DNA of 64,000 nucleotides from an uncultured Christensenellaceae bacterium (GTDB lineage Bacteria; Bacillota; Clostridia; Christensenellales; Christensenellaceae), in NCBI GenBank assembly GCA_964628515.1, contig CAZVNZ010000010.1, forward strand, positions 22,190-86,189. The letters run 5' to 3'. Position numbers and translations under genes: made by a program. This document shows, one piece after another, positions 1-8,031 of this stretch. The notes below the pieces were generated by a model. That model searched no databases. It worked only from the letters and a program-made list of their open reading frames with translations, and had not been told where the DNA came from. How positions within the stretch are numbered: the stretch's first letter is position 1; each line of letters begins with the position of its first letter.

Positions 1-284
1 ACTTCTTAAAAGCAGACGGTTACGGCGCTACAACAAAAGAAGCCATAGATTACGAGCGTGGACCGCTTATGACAAAATTCTTGCAAAACTACGAAGGCAT
101 GACGGTAGTTCCCGAAATAGTTAAAGTGTTGGGAGACGATGCAATGCCTCCGGGAACACAGGACATGATGGATAAATCCATGCAGGCAATGTTTACGGGT
201 GCAGATGTAAAAGCAGAGCTTGAAAAATGGGATACAGAAACACAAAGGCTGTTAGAGGCGGTAGCCGCAAATACAGCAGAGTAA
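1..284 (+). CDS. extracellular solute-binding protein of a carbohydrate ABC transporter (C-terminal fragment; 5' end lies outside the window)
   Basis: The reading frame is open from the window start (frame of position 3) to TAA at 282-284. The tail reads ...FLKADGYGATTKEAIDYERGPLMTKFLQNYEGMTVVPEIVK. It is followed directly by two MalF/MalG-type permease genes. Confidence 0.55.
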   Translation, partial: FLKADGYGATTKEAIDYERGPLMTKFLQNYEGMTVVPEIVKVLGDDAMPPGTQDMMDKSMQAMFTGADVKAELEKWDTETQRLLEAVAANTAE

Positions 285-374
285 ATATAAAACAAAAATA
301 TAGCAACATTAGTGTTTGACGCAAAAGCGACAAACAAGAAATAAATAGCTATACTTAATACTATTCTATATTGG

Positions 375-406
375 TGGCGGTCTTAGCAAAAGGTTTAAGA
401 CCGCCA
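375..406. other. intercistronic stem-loop (11-bp perfect stem tggcggtctta / taagaccgcca, 10-nt loop) between the binding-protein and permease genes; no U-tract on either strand
   Basis: The inverted repeat is read directly from the sequence. Stable hairpins between ABC binding-protein and permease cistrons are a common mRNA-stability or processing element. Confidence 0.45.
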
Positions 407-432
407 CTAAATAAAAAAAGAGGGGCGACAAA

Positions 433-1335
433 ATGAAACAAAAGGGAAATAAACCACTTGCCATTAGGGGAAACAACGTTTCCTTCGGGTTTGCGGCTCC
501 TGCATTTATCTTATACACATTTTTACTGATTGTTCCGATTATTATTGCATTTTGCTTTAGCTTTACAAGCTGGAACGGGTTTTCCACTACCACTCCAAAA
601 TTTATAGGCTTAGATAATTACGCCGCGATGCTAAAAGACGAAAGGCTGGCTAATGCCATTGGTGTTACTGCTTTCATCACCGTTGTAGTGGTAATAAGCG
701 TTAATGTACTTGGGCTGTTGCTTGCAATGCTACTAAATAACGCTGGTAGAATGACAAACGTATCGAGGAGTGTATTTTTTGCTCCCTTTGTACTAAGCAC
801 TGTGGCTATTTCATTTATATGGTTAAGCATTTTATCCTACACAGGGGTATTTAACAGTTTACTTGAATCTATGGGCTTGGGGGAGTTTGTTCAAGACTTT
901 TTAGGAACACAGCAAAGTGCGGTGGCAAGCATTTGTATGGTAGAAATATGGAGAACTTTAGGTTTTCATATGGTTATATATTTAGCGGCGTTGCAGACTG
1001 TTCCGGCAGATTTATACGAGGCTTGCACGGTGGACGGTGGTAGCAGATGGCATAAATTTAGGTACATCACACTACCCTTAATAACTCCGGGAATTACAAT
1101 AAGTGTACTTATGAGCATTATTAACGAACTTAGAATGTACGACATCGTAAAGGTACTGACGGACGGTGGTCCGGGCTATGCCACAGAAACGATTTCTTAT
1201 AATATTATTACGCAGGCATTTGGCAATAATATGTTGGGGTATTCCTCCTCTATTGCGGTATTCTTGTTTGCGGTTATTGCTACGGTTGCAATTATTCAGC
1301 TTAAAGTAACGGCTAAAAAGGAGGTAGAATACTAA
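433..1335 (+). CDS. carbohydrate ABC transporter permease (MalF/UgpA-type, binding-protein-dependent inner membrane component)
   Basis: 300-aa ORF with multiple TM segments and a permease EAA-like loop region. An RBS-like gaggggcg precedes the ATG. The gene is contiguous with the second permease. Confidence 0.85.
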   Translation: MKQKGNKPLAIRGNNVSFGFAAPAFILYTFLLIVPIIIAFCFSFTSWNGFSTTTPKFIGLDNYAAMLKDERLANAIGVTAFITVVVVISVNVLGLLLAMLLNNAGRMTNVSRSVFFAPFVLSTVAISFIWLSILSYTGVFNSLLESMGLGEFVQDFLGTQQSAVASICMVEIWRTLGFHMVIYLAALQTVPADLYEACTVDGGSRWHKFRYITLPLITPGITISVLMSIINELRMYDIVKVLTDGGPGYATETISYNIITQAFGNNMLGYSSSIAVFLFAVIATVAIIQLKVTAKKEVEY

Positions 1336-1337
1336 TT

Positions 1338-2186
1338 ATGCATGATACTATCAAAAAAAGAAAACAAAGGCTAAACGGTTTTGATGTAACCACAAAAATA
1401 ATTGTTGTATTAGCAACTATTGTGGTGGCAATACCCCTATATATTGCCTTTTCAAATGCTTTTAAACCAACAGATGCCATTATGGATTCTCCAATGTCCT
1501 TGCCTATTCCGGCAACACTTGAAAACTTAGAATACGTATTTACCAACCCAAATGTAAACATAGCAGGAATGTATTTTAATTCCATTATGATAGCGGCATT
1601 CGGTACGGTGGGTTGTGTGCTGATTTCTTCTATGGCAGCATATTATTTGGCACGTTCTCGCAAAAAAAGCTCAAGAAAGCTGTATACATATTTCTTGTTT
1701 GGGTTGATGGTGCCTTATGTAATTGTATACGTACCCCTTGTTACAATGTTTAAATATTTAGGGCTTATGGGCAACCTACCCACTTTAATTTTTGTGTTTA
1801 TTTCAGGTAGCATATCCTTTTCCGTATTTATGTATTACGGATTTATAAAAACGGTGCCCAAAGAATTAGAAGAAGCTGCGGCAATAGACGGGGCAAGCCC
1901 CTTTAGAGTGTTTTGGATGATAATATTCCCACTGCTTAAACCGTGTACAACCACCGTTGCAATTTTTATAGGGCTATCCATGTGGAACGATTTTATGACG
2001 CCCTTAATTATAGGCAACATAAAAACAATTACAGTAGGAATATACACGGCAATAGGGCCTTACGCATCTAACTGGGGGCAGGTTTTTGCCTTCGTATTAT
2101 GTGGCTCTGTACCTGTAATAATTGCGTATATAATAGCACAAAAGCAATTTATCAGCGGTCTTACTGCCGGGGCAATGAAAGGATAA
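1338..2186 (+). CDS. carbohydrate ABC transporter permease (MalG/UgpE-type)
   Basis: 282-aa polytopic ORF that starts 3 nt after the previous stop, with an aaggagg RBS at 1319-1325. It has the typical second-permease architecture. Confidence 0.85.
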   Translation: MHDTIKKRKQRLNGFDVTTKIIVVLATIVVAIPLYIAFSNAFKPTDAIMDSPMSLPIPATLENLEYVFTNPNVNIAGMYFNSIMIAAFGTVGCVLISSMAAYYLARSRKKSSRKLYTYFLFGLMVPYVIVYVPLVTMFKYLGLMGNLPTLIFVFISGSISFSVFMYYGFIKTVPKELEEAAAIDGASPFRVFWMIIFPLLKPCTTTVAIFIGLSMWNDFMTPLIIGNIKTITVGIYTAIGPYASNWGQVFAFVLCGSVPVIIAYIIAQKQFISGLTAGAMKG

Positions 2187-2196
2187 TAAGAGGTTT

Positions 2197-3213
2197 ATGA
2201 ACGGAAAAGAACGTGTACTGAGGGCACTTGAGTTTAATATGCCCGACAGGCTACCTATAGATATTTGGGTAAGTAAATCTGCACATATTAAATATGGTAG
2301 TGCCTTGCAGGAAATTTTAGACAATAATCCAATAGATATAGCATTTATAGACGGTCCTTTAGATATGGGAAGCACTCCTAAGTATTACGAGGTAGGGGAA
2401 TTTACAGATGCATGGGGCTGTGGCTGGCAAAATTTACAGGAAGGCATAATAGGAGAAGTAAAGCACCCTGCCATAGACGATTACACAAAACTAGAGCACT
2501 ACACACCACCCACAAAATTATTTTTAGAAGAATGGCAAAAAAGCATTGAAGATATACAAAAAAAGATAGATTATCACAATAAAAAGGGAAAATTTGTACT
2601 TGGGGGTTGGATTAGCCTTTTTGAAAGAATGCAGTATTTAAGAGGCACAGAGGAGCTTTATTGCGATATTGCCTTAAAAGAGCCACAAATGCTTAAGCTG
2701 GCAAGCAAGGTTATGGATTTTATGAATACCTATGTTGATTGTTGGGCAGGGACAGCCGTTGATGGTATAGTATTTGGGGACGATTGGGGTACACAGCTAA
2801 GTCTGTTGATTTCTCCAAACAGTTGGCGAGAGATTTTCAAGCCCATGTATAAAGAATTAATAGCAAAAATAAAAAATGCGGGTAAAAAGGTCTTTTTCCA
2901 TAGTGATGGCTATATTTTAGATATTTACGATGATTTTATAGAAATGGGAATAGATGCCATAAACTCTCAAATATGGTGTATGGGTGTGGAAAAAGTTGCA
3001 AAAAAATGTGGTGGCAAAATTACATTTTGGGGAGAACTAAGCAGACAAACCACCCTACCAAACGGTAGTGTAGCCGATATTGCGGAGGCTATTTCTTTAA
3101 TGTGTAAGCATCTGTATGTAAATAACGGGGGATTGATAGGATTGTGCGAAGTCTCTCACGATGTACCGCTGGCTAATGTTTCTGCCGTGCTTAAGGGGTG
3201 GAATAATGTTTAA
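2197..3213 (+). CDS. uroporphyrinogen decarboxylase (URO-D) family protein (MtaA/CmuA-like fold), linked to the sugar transporter
   Basis: 338 aa with N-terminus MNGKERVLRALEFNMPDRLPIDIWV, typical of URO-D family proteins that occur in carbohydrate utilisation loci. RBS at aagagg. Confidence 0.65.
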   Translation: MNGKERVLRALEFNMPDRLPIDIWVSKSAHIKYGSALQEILDNNPIDIAFIDGPLDMGSTPKYYEVGEFTDAWGCGWQNLQEGIIGEVKHPAIDDYTKLEHYTPPTKLFLEEWQKSIEDIQKKIDYHNKKGKFVLGGWISLFERMQYLRGTEELYCDIALKEPQMLKLASKVMDFMNTYVDCWAGTAVDGIVFGDDWGTQLSLLISPNSWREIFKPMYKELIAKIKNAGKKVFFHSDGYILDIYDDFIEMGIDAINSQIWCMGVEKVAKKCGGKITFWGELSRQTTLPNGSVADIAEAISLMCKHLYVNNGGLIGLCEVSHDVPLANVSAVLKGWNNV

Positions 3214-3360
3214 GGGCTAATGCCCAAATAAAATTAATAGAAGAATAGCAAAACTGTAACTAAAAATTGCAGTTTTGTTTTAGTTTTAAGCCCAAAAATG
3301 CTTTTTTGTGCTATAATTGTCAGTAGCAAAGTAAAAGTATATTTAGAATAAAAATCCCCC

Positions 3361-3391
3361 TTGACTCTCCCCCAAGGGTAGCCAATAAAAT
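3361..3391 (+). promoter_or_regulatory. MerR-type promoter: -35 TTGACT (3361-3366), 19-bp spacer, -10 TAAAAT (3386-3391); inverted repeat CCCTTG...CAAGGG spans the -35 element
   Basis: The 19-bp spacing and a dyad within the spacer are the hallmark of MerR/BmrR-regulated promoters. It lies 25 nt upstream of the MerR-family gene. Confidence 0.5.
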
Positions 3392-3415
3392 AAGAAAGGG
3401 AGGGAGGAAGGTAAG

Positions 3416-4222
3416 ATGTATCGTATCGGAGATTTTTCAAAAATGAGCAAAACCACAATAAAAACCTTGCGTTATTACGACGAGATTGGCTTGCTAAAAC
3501 CCAAGGAAACGGATAGTTTTACGGGGTACAGAATGTACAGCACAAGCCAGCTTAACGATTTGCATAAAATATACGCTTTAAAGCAGGCAGGGCTTATGGT
3601 GGAGGAAATTCGCAGTATTATTAACGGCGCCGACTCAAATGCAATACTGCAAAAACGCAAAAAGGAAATTTTAGAGAAATTAAAGGAAACGAATAATCAA
3701 CTTTCTGCTCTCGAATTTATTTTAAACGGCAAACAGGAGGAAAATACTATGAACTATGTTGCAAGAATTAAAGAAATACCCGAATGTATTGTATATTCAA
3801 TTAAAATGAAGGTTGCAAGCTACAACGATTATTTTGCATTAGTGCCACCTATCGGGGAAACAATACTGGCAAAATATCCCGATCTAAAATGTACCGTATC
3901 TGAATATTGTTATCTAAATTACTTAGACAACGAGTACAAAGAAAAGGATTTTAATGTGGAGCTTTGCGAGTCGGTAGACAAGCTAAAGCCGGATTTTGAT
4001 AATGTGCAATTTAAAAAAACGGATAAAATTACGGTAGCATCCGTAATGCACAAAGGCCCCTACTCTACAATTAGAAGTGCCTATGCCTATATTTTAAAAT
4101 GGGTGGAGGAAAACGGCTACAAACAAGCAGATGTACCCAGAGAAAGCGTTATAGACGGCATTTGGAATAAAGACAGCGAGGACGAATGGCTAACGGAAGT
4201 CCAAATCCCCATATGTAAATAA
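3416..4222 (+). CDS. MerR family transcriptional regulator with C-terminal GyrI-like/AraC-effector-binding domain (BmrR-like)
   Basis: N-terminus MYRIGDFSKMSKTTIKTLRYYDEIGLLKP is a MerR HTH. A coiled-coil linker and a roughly 150-aa C-terminal effector-binding domain follow. Strong RBS ggagggagg. Confidence 0.8.
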   Translation: MYRIGDFSKMSKTTIKTLRYYDEIGLLKPKETDSFTGYRMYSTSQLNDLHKIYALKQAGLMVEEIRSIINGADSNAILQKRKKEILEKLKETNNQLSALEFILNGKQEENTMNYVARIKEIPECIVYSIKMKVASYNDYFALVPPIGETILAKYPDLKCTVSEYCYLNYLDNEYKEKDFNVELCESVDKLKPDFDNVQFKKTDKITVASVMHKGPYSTIRSAYAYILKWVEENGYKQADVPRESVIDGIWNKDSEDEWLTEVQIPICK

Positions 4223-4298
4223 CGTAAACAAAACAGGGTTGTACTCACATATTTAAAAGGTGCAACCCTTTTTTACACCCCTAAAAAATAATTACTTA

Positions 4299-4356
4299 TT
4301 GACAAATTACAACCGTTCATCTATAATCATAGATATACTAATTACAATTTACAATA
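4299..4356 (+). promoter_or_regulatory. consensus sigma-A promoter (TTGACA 4299-4304, 17 bp, TATAAT 4322-4327) with BlaI/MecI-type operator half-sites (ATTACAA in the spacer; TAATTACAATTTACAATA downstream)
   Basis: The hexamers and spacing are read directly from the sequence. TACA/TGTA repeats match the known BlaI/MecI operator architecture. The element sits immediately upstream of the blaI-like gene. Confidence 0.6.
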
Positions 4357-4383
4357 CCAAATACAAATAAGGCGGTAACAACT

Positions 4384-4752
4384 ATGGAAAAAAGCCCAAC
4401 AAAGTTGGAGTGGCTTATTTTGGAAGTGCTGTGGGCAAAAAGCCCCATGTTTTTATCCGAAATAATGCAGGAAATGAACAAAAAAGTGGATTGGAAGCAA
4501 ACCACATATTCTACCTATCTTAAAAAAATGTGCGATGCAGGGTTTTTGGGGTACAAGGTGATAAGCGGTTTTAGGCAGTATTATCCCGCAATAAAACGGG
4601 AGGAATGTATCGTAAACGAAAGCAAAAGTATGCGCTACAAGCTATCAAACGATAGCGCACTAATGTTTTTAGCCTGTATGATTCGGCAAAGCGATTTAAA
4701 AGAGGACGATATTAAAGAGCTAAAAAAGCTTATAGACGAGCTTGAGGATTAA
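4384..4752 (+). CDS. BlaI/MecI/CopY family transcriptional repressor
   Basis: 122 aa. The N-terminal winged helix (LEWLILEVLWAKSPMFLSEIMQEM...TTYSTYLKKM) and overall size match the penicillinase-repressor family. It is followed directly by an M56 peptidase gene. Confidence 0.85.
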   Translation: MEKSPTKLEWLILEVLWAKSPMFLSEIMQEMNKKVDWKQTTYSTYLKKMCDAGFLGYKVISGFRQYYPAIKREECIVNESKSMRYKLSNDSALMFLACMIRQSDLKEDDIKELKKLIDELED

Positions 4753-4755
4753 ATT

Positions 4756-7377
4756 ATGGATATTCTTGCAACTTTAGGGGAAATAACGGTGTACAGCGCA
4801 ATAATTTTTGCCATACTAATGCTGTTTAAAAAGGTATTTAACAAAAAATTGTCTCCCTTAATGCACTATGTTTTATGGGGATTGCTAATAGCAAGGCTGG
4901 TGGTGCCAATAACTTTGGACAGCCAAATAAAGTTTATTACCATACCACAAAAAGAGGTGGCAAGTCAAAATTTAAATTTTTATGGTGATGATGATGAAGC
5001 TACACCACAGGCACAAAGGGCAAATACGCAAATGCCTCCAACAAACGGTAATGTGCAACTACATACCAATTTAAACGGCAATATAAATGGTATGGCAACA
5101 GGTAATACAACAGGTAGCAACACGCTTGGGCAAAATTCTTATACAAAGGGCGTGCAAACGTTTACAATTTATGATGTACTCTTAATAATATGGCTGTTTG
5201 GCATAGGAGCGGTTGGGGTTTATATGTTGTTTTCCTACATGTATTTACGCCAAAAACTAAAGGAAAGCACCTTACTGCCCACCAAAGAATTATATATGCT
5301 TTTTTTAGAGTGCAAAAAAGCCCTTGGCATAAAAGCAAAAATAAAATTGCGGTGTCAGTACGGAATAAATTCTCCGGCACTTTTGTTTCCACGCACCATA
5401 CTTATGCCTTTGTGTCTGCTGAAAAACACAAGCGAAGAGCAAATTAAGCTGATGCTAACCCACGAACTTTATCACTATAAATATAAAGACCATTTTGTAA
5501 TTCTGATGTTAGCGCTACTAAGAGCGGTATATTGGTTTAACCCTGTGGTGTGGATTAGTTTTTACAAAATAGTAAACGATATGGAAAACCTATGCGACAG
5601 TAGGGTAATAAAGCAGGTAGGGGAGAAAAATCGCCGATTATACGCAGATACTTTATTGCTTTTGTTTTCAATGAACAAAAAGGGGCTTGTGCTTGGAATG
5701 GCTAACACAAGAAAAAATGCAAAAAACAGAATAAAAGGGGTGTACCTAAGAGGAAAATCCGCTAAAGGTACTAAAATCGAGGCGGTTATACTCAGTATGA
5801 TAATAGGGGTTATGTGCTTTACAACCGCTTGCGTACCCACACCACAAAAAGAAGTTGTTGTAAATAAAGCCGAGGGCAAAATGCAGGAGGAGTTAAGCAA
5901 ACCTGTACAAGAGACTGTGCCAACGCAAGAGGTAAAGGTGGAGGAAAACCCTTACGCACCTGTTAAATACAATGTTTCCGAGCATTGGAAGGAAGATATG
6001 GTAAGGGATAACGGCAGGCTAACCATTAATGCGGATATTGATGTACTAATGCCGGATGTGGACGCTTATCCGGTGCAGACTATTGAGCAAAAGCAAATAA
6101 ACCAACAAGAAGCAAATGAGTTTATAGATTATTTTGTAGGGGAGAACCCTAAGTTTTACACGGTATATTTGCCAAAAACAAAAAGTGATTATGAGCAAGA
6201 AATTATAAATTTAAAAACATCACTGGCAGAGGTAGAAGCAGGAGGGGATGGCGAGGATCCGGATAGTATACGGGGATATATAGCAGAAAAAGAAAAGAAA
6301 TTGGAAACAGCGCCCGCCACGGCAACACCACAAGAAATAGAGCCCGTTTTTACTTATCGACGCAATTTCGAGACCGGAGAACCCGAAAAGGAATATGGGG
6401 AACACTATATTGAGGTGGCAATAAGAGACAACAGCAATTTAAAAAAGGATATATATATTGAAGATGGTAAAGAAGGCGGTATTTCAACGCTGTCATACAA
6501 CGATATTGGTACTTTTGAGAGGGAATCATCAATAAAACAGCAGTTGGTATATTGCGAAGCTCAATTTGAACGAATAAATAAAAATATGATTGCTAATCCA
6601 AATTCTCATGCTGATTACAATGCTATGCTTAAAGAAGAACAGGAAAGTTATGATAAATTTAAAGATTTACTTGAAATATTTAACGAAAATCCAATGGATA
6701 TAGCGCAAATAGAGCAAAAAGCAATTATGATACTAAAAGAATTAAATATTACAAATGTGCAAGTTGAAAATGTGGAAAGAGCACTATTAGATTTTTGCGA
6801 TATTAATGAGGTGTATAAAAGAAGGGAATTTGTTGAACCTACAGAGCATGGCGTTTATATAAGCTTTATACGTCAAAATGGAGGTGTTTTGAACAAATAT
6901 TTAACAAGCGGTGGTTTTAATTCTCAAATATCATATGAGGGTATGTATTCGCCTCCGTTTTTTCCGGAAAACGTTAGTATGGTTTTTGATGTAGAAGGAA
7001 ATTTACGAAGGTTTAACAATAGTTTTGTCACTAAAGAAATACAAACAGATGCCAAAAATAGTGAAATATTGCCATTTGAAGAAATAAAAGAAAGGCTTGC
7101 AGCACATATTTTGCATACTGAAAACTATGGTATAGAAAAGAATCTTCGTTACAAACCTGTAGAAGTAAAACTAGCAATGTCATACATAAATGTAAAAGAC
7201 GAAAATAAACAAGCTATTGCAGTACCTGCGTGGTATTTTAAAATGGAAGAATATGTTACAATTACAGATAATAATTATACTTTTACTATTGAAGAGGAAA
7301 AAGGAGCGGAGTTAAAAGAATATCTATTTAATGCCATAGACGGCTCGGCAATTTTATTGCCGGGGAACAAAATATAG
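4756..7377 (+). CDS. BlaR1-like M56 family membrane metalloprotease/signal transducer with a large non-PBP C-terminal extracytoplasmic domain
   Basis: 873 aa with N-terminal TM segments and the zinc motif HELYHYKYKDH (HEXXH). A further TM ends in MCFTTAC, followed by about 520 aa of hydrophilic domain. The beta-lactam-sensor active-site S-x-x-K of true BlaR1 is absent from the C-terminal part. Confidence 0.8.
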   Translation: MDILATLGEITVYSAIIFAILMLFKKVFNKKLSPLMHYVLWGLLIARLVVPITLDSQIKFITIPQKEVASQNLNFYGDDDEATPQAQRANTQMPPTNGNVQLHTNLNGNINGMATGNTTGSNTLGQNSYTKGVQTFTIYDVLLIIWLFGIGAVGVYMLFSYMYLRQKLKESTLLPTKELYMLFLECKKALGIKAKIKLRCQYGINSPALLFPRTILMPLCLLKNTSEEQIKLMLTHELYHYKYKDHFVILMLALLRAVYWFNPVVWISFYKIVNDMENLCDSRVIKQVGEKNRRLYADTLLLLFSMNKKGLVLGMANTRKNAKNRIKGVYLRGKSAKGTKIEAVILSMIIGVMCFTTACVPTPQKEVVVNKAEGKMQEELSKPVQETVPTQEVKVEENPYAPVKYNVSEHWKEDMVRDNGRLTINADIDVLMPDVDAYPVQTIEQKQINQQEANEFIDYFVGENPKFYTVYLPKTKSDYEQEIINLKTSLAEVEAGGDGEDPDSIRGYIAEKEKKLETAPATATPQEIEPVFTYRRNFETGEPEKEYGEHYIEVAIRDNSNLKKDIYIEDGKEGGISTLSYNDIGTFERESSIKQQLVYCEAQFERINKNMIANPNSHADYNAMLKEEQESYDKFKDLLEIFNENPMDIAQIEQKAIMILKELNITNVQVENVERALLDFCDINEVYKRREFVEPTEHGVYISFIRQNGGVLNKYLTSGGFNSQISYEGMYSPPFFPENVSMVFDVEGNLRRFNNSFVTKEIQTDAKNSEILPFEEIKERLAAHILHTENYGIEKNLRYKPVEVKLAMSYINVKDENKQAIAVPAWYFKMEEYVTITDNNYTFTIEEEKGAELKEYLFNAIDGSAILLPGNKI

Positions 7378-7435
7378 GGCTCTGTGAAATATTTTCTGTA
7401 AATTTTAATGTGCTTTATGTAGTGTGTATTGGCAT

Positions 7436-7476
7436 AGAAAAACCGCTGTATATATGAATTACAGCGGTTTTATTAC
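7436..7476. terminator. bidirectional intrinsic terminator (stem aaccgctgt / acagcggtt flanked by A- and T-tracts)
   Basis: 9-bp stem with A/T-rich flanks on both strands. It lies downstream of the blaR1-like gene (+) and of tRNA-Ala (-). Confidence 0.6.
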
Positions 7477-7552
7477 TGGTGGAGACAGACGGTCTCGAAC
7501 CGTCGACCTCTTGACTGCCAGTCAAGCACTCTACCAACTGAGCTATGCCCCC
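7477..7552 (-). tRNA. tRNA-Ala (anticodon GGC)
   Basis: The reverse complement folds as a cloverleaf: GGGGGCA-TA-GCTC-AGTTGGTA-GAGT-G-CTTGA-CTGGCAG-TCAAG-AGGTC-GACGG-TTCGAGA-CCGTC-TGTCTCC-ACCA. The anticodon loop CTGGCAG gives anticodon GGC. The G3:U70 alanine identity pair is present and CCA is encoded. Confidence 0.9.
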
Positions 7553-7773
7553 AATAGTTTAATTATATTTAACCTAACCTTAGTTGTCAATGGGTGATTG
7601 CATAAAAAATTAGCACAAAATCAAAATATTTCGCAAAATATGTAAAATATTTATGTTACTATATAATTAAAATATACCTTTCGGAGTGCTGTTATACTAC
7701 TAATAATAAAGGGGAAACAGAATATTGCTAAAAAAGCACTCACAAAATATCTAATGGGGAAGGAGCGAAAAAA

Positions 7774-8025
7774 ATGAGCATTTTTGGAAATCTATTCGAC
7801 TTAAACGGCGACGGAAAAGGAAGTCTGTTAGAAGATATGCTAATATTAGAAATGATAGGAGTCACAAGCAAAACCGAAGACGAGGACGATTTATACTACA
7901 ACACAGATGACGAAGATGACGAAGAAACCGAAGAAATCGAGGACTTTGGCTACAACGAGGATTTTGACGATTTCAACGATTTTGACGACTTTAATGACTT
8001 TGACAACAAAAGCGAATACGACTAA
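7774..8025 (+). CDS. small highly acidic protein with an N-terminal EF-hand-like calcium-binding loop (DLNGDGKGSLLE) and a DF(D/N)DF-repeat tail
   Basis: 83-aa ORF with a good RBS (ggaagga). The canonical 12-residue EF-hand loop pattern D-x-N-x-D-G-x-x-x-x-x-E is present. The C-terminal half is about 50 percent D/E with repeats DFDDFNDFDDFNDFD. Confidence 0.5.
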   Translation: MSIFGNLFDLNGDGKGSLLEDMLILEMIGVTSKTEDEDDLYYNTDDEDDEETEEIEDFGYNEDFDDFNDFDDFNDFDNKSEYD

Positions 8026-8031
8026 GGCAAT

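Noticed and set aside
5162-5447. Short ORFs on both strands inside the blaR1-like gene (76 and 85 aa)
   Set aside because: They are embedded within a long well-supported CDS. They are out of frame and have no RBS.
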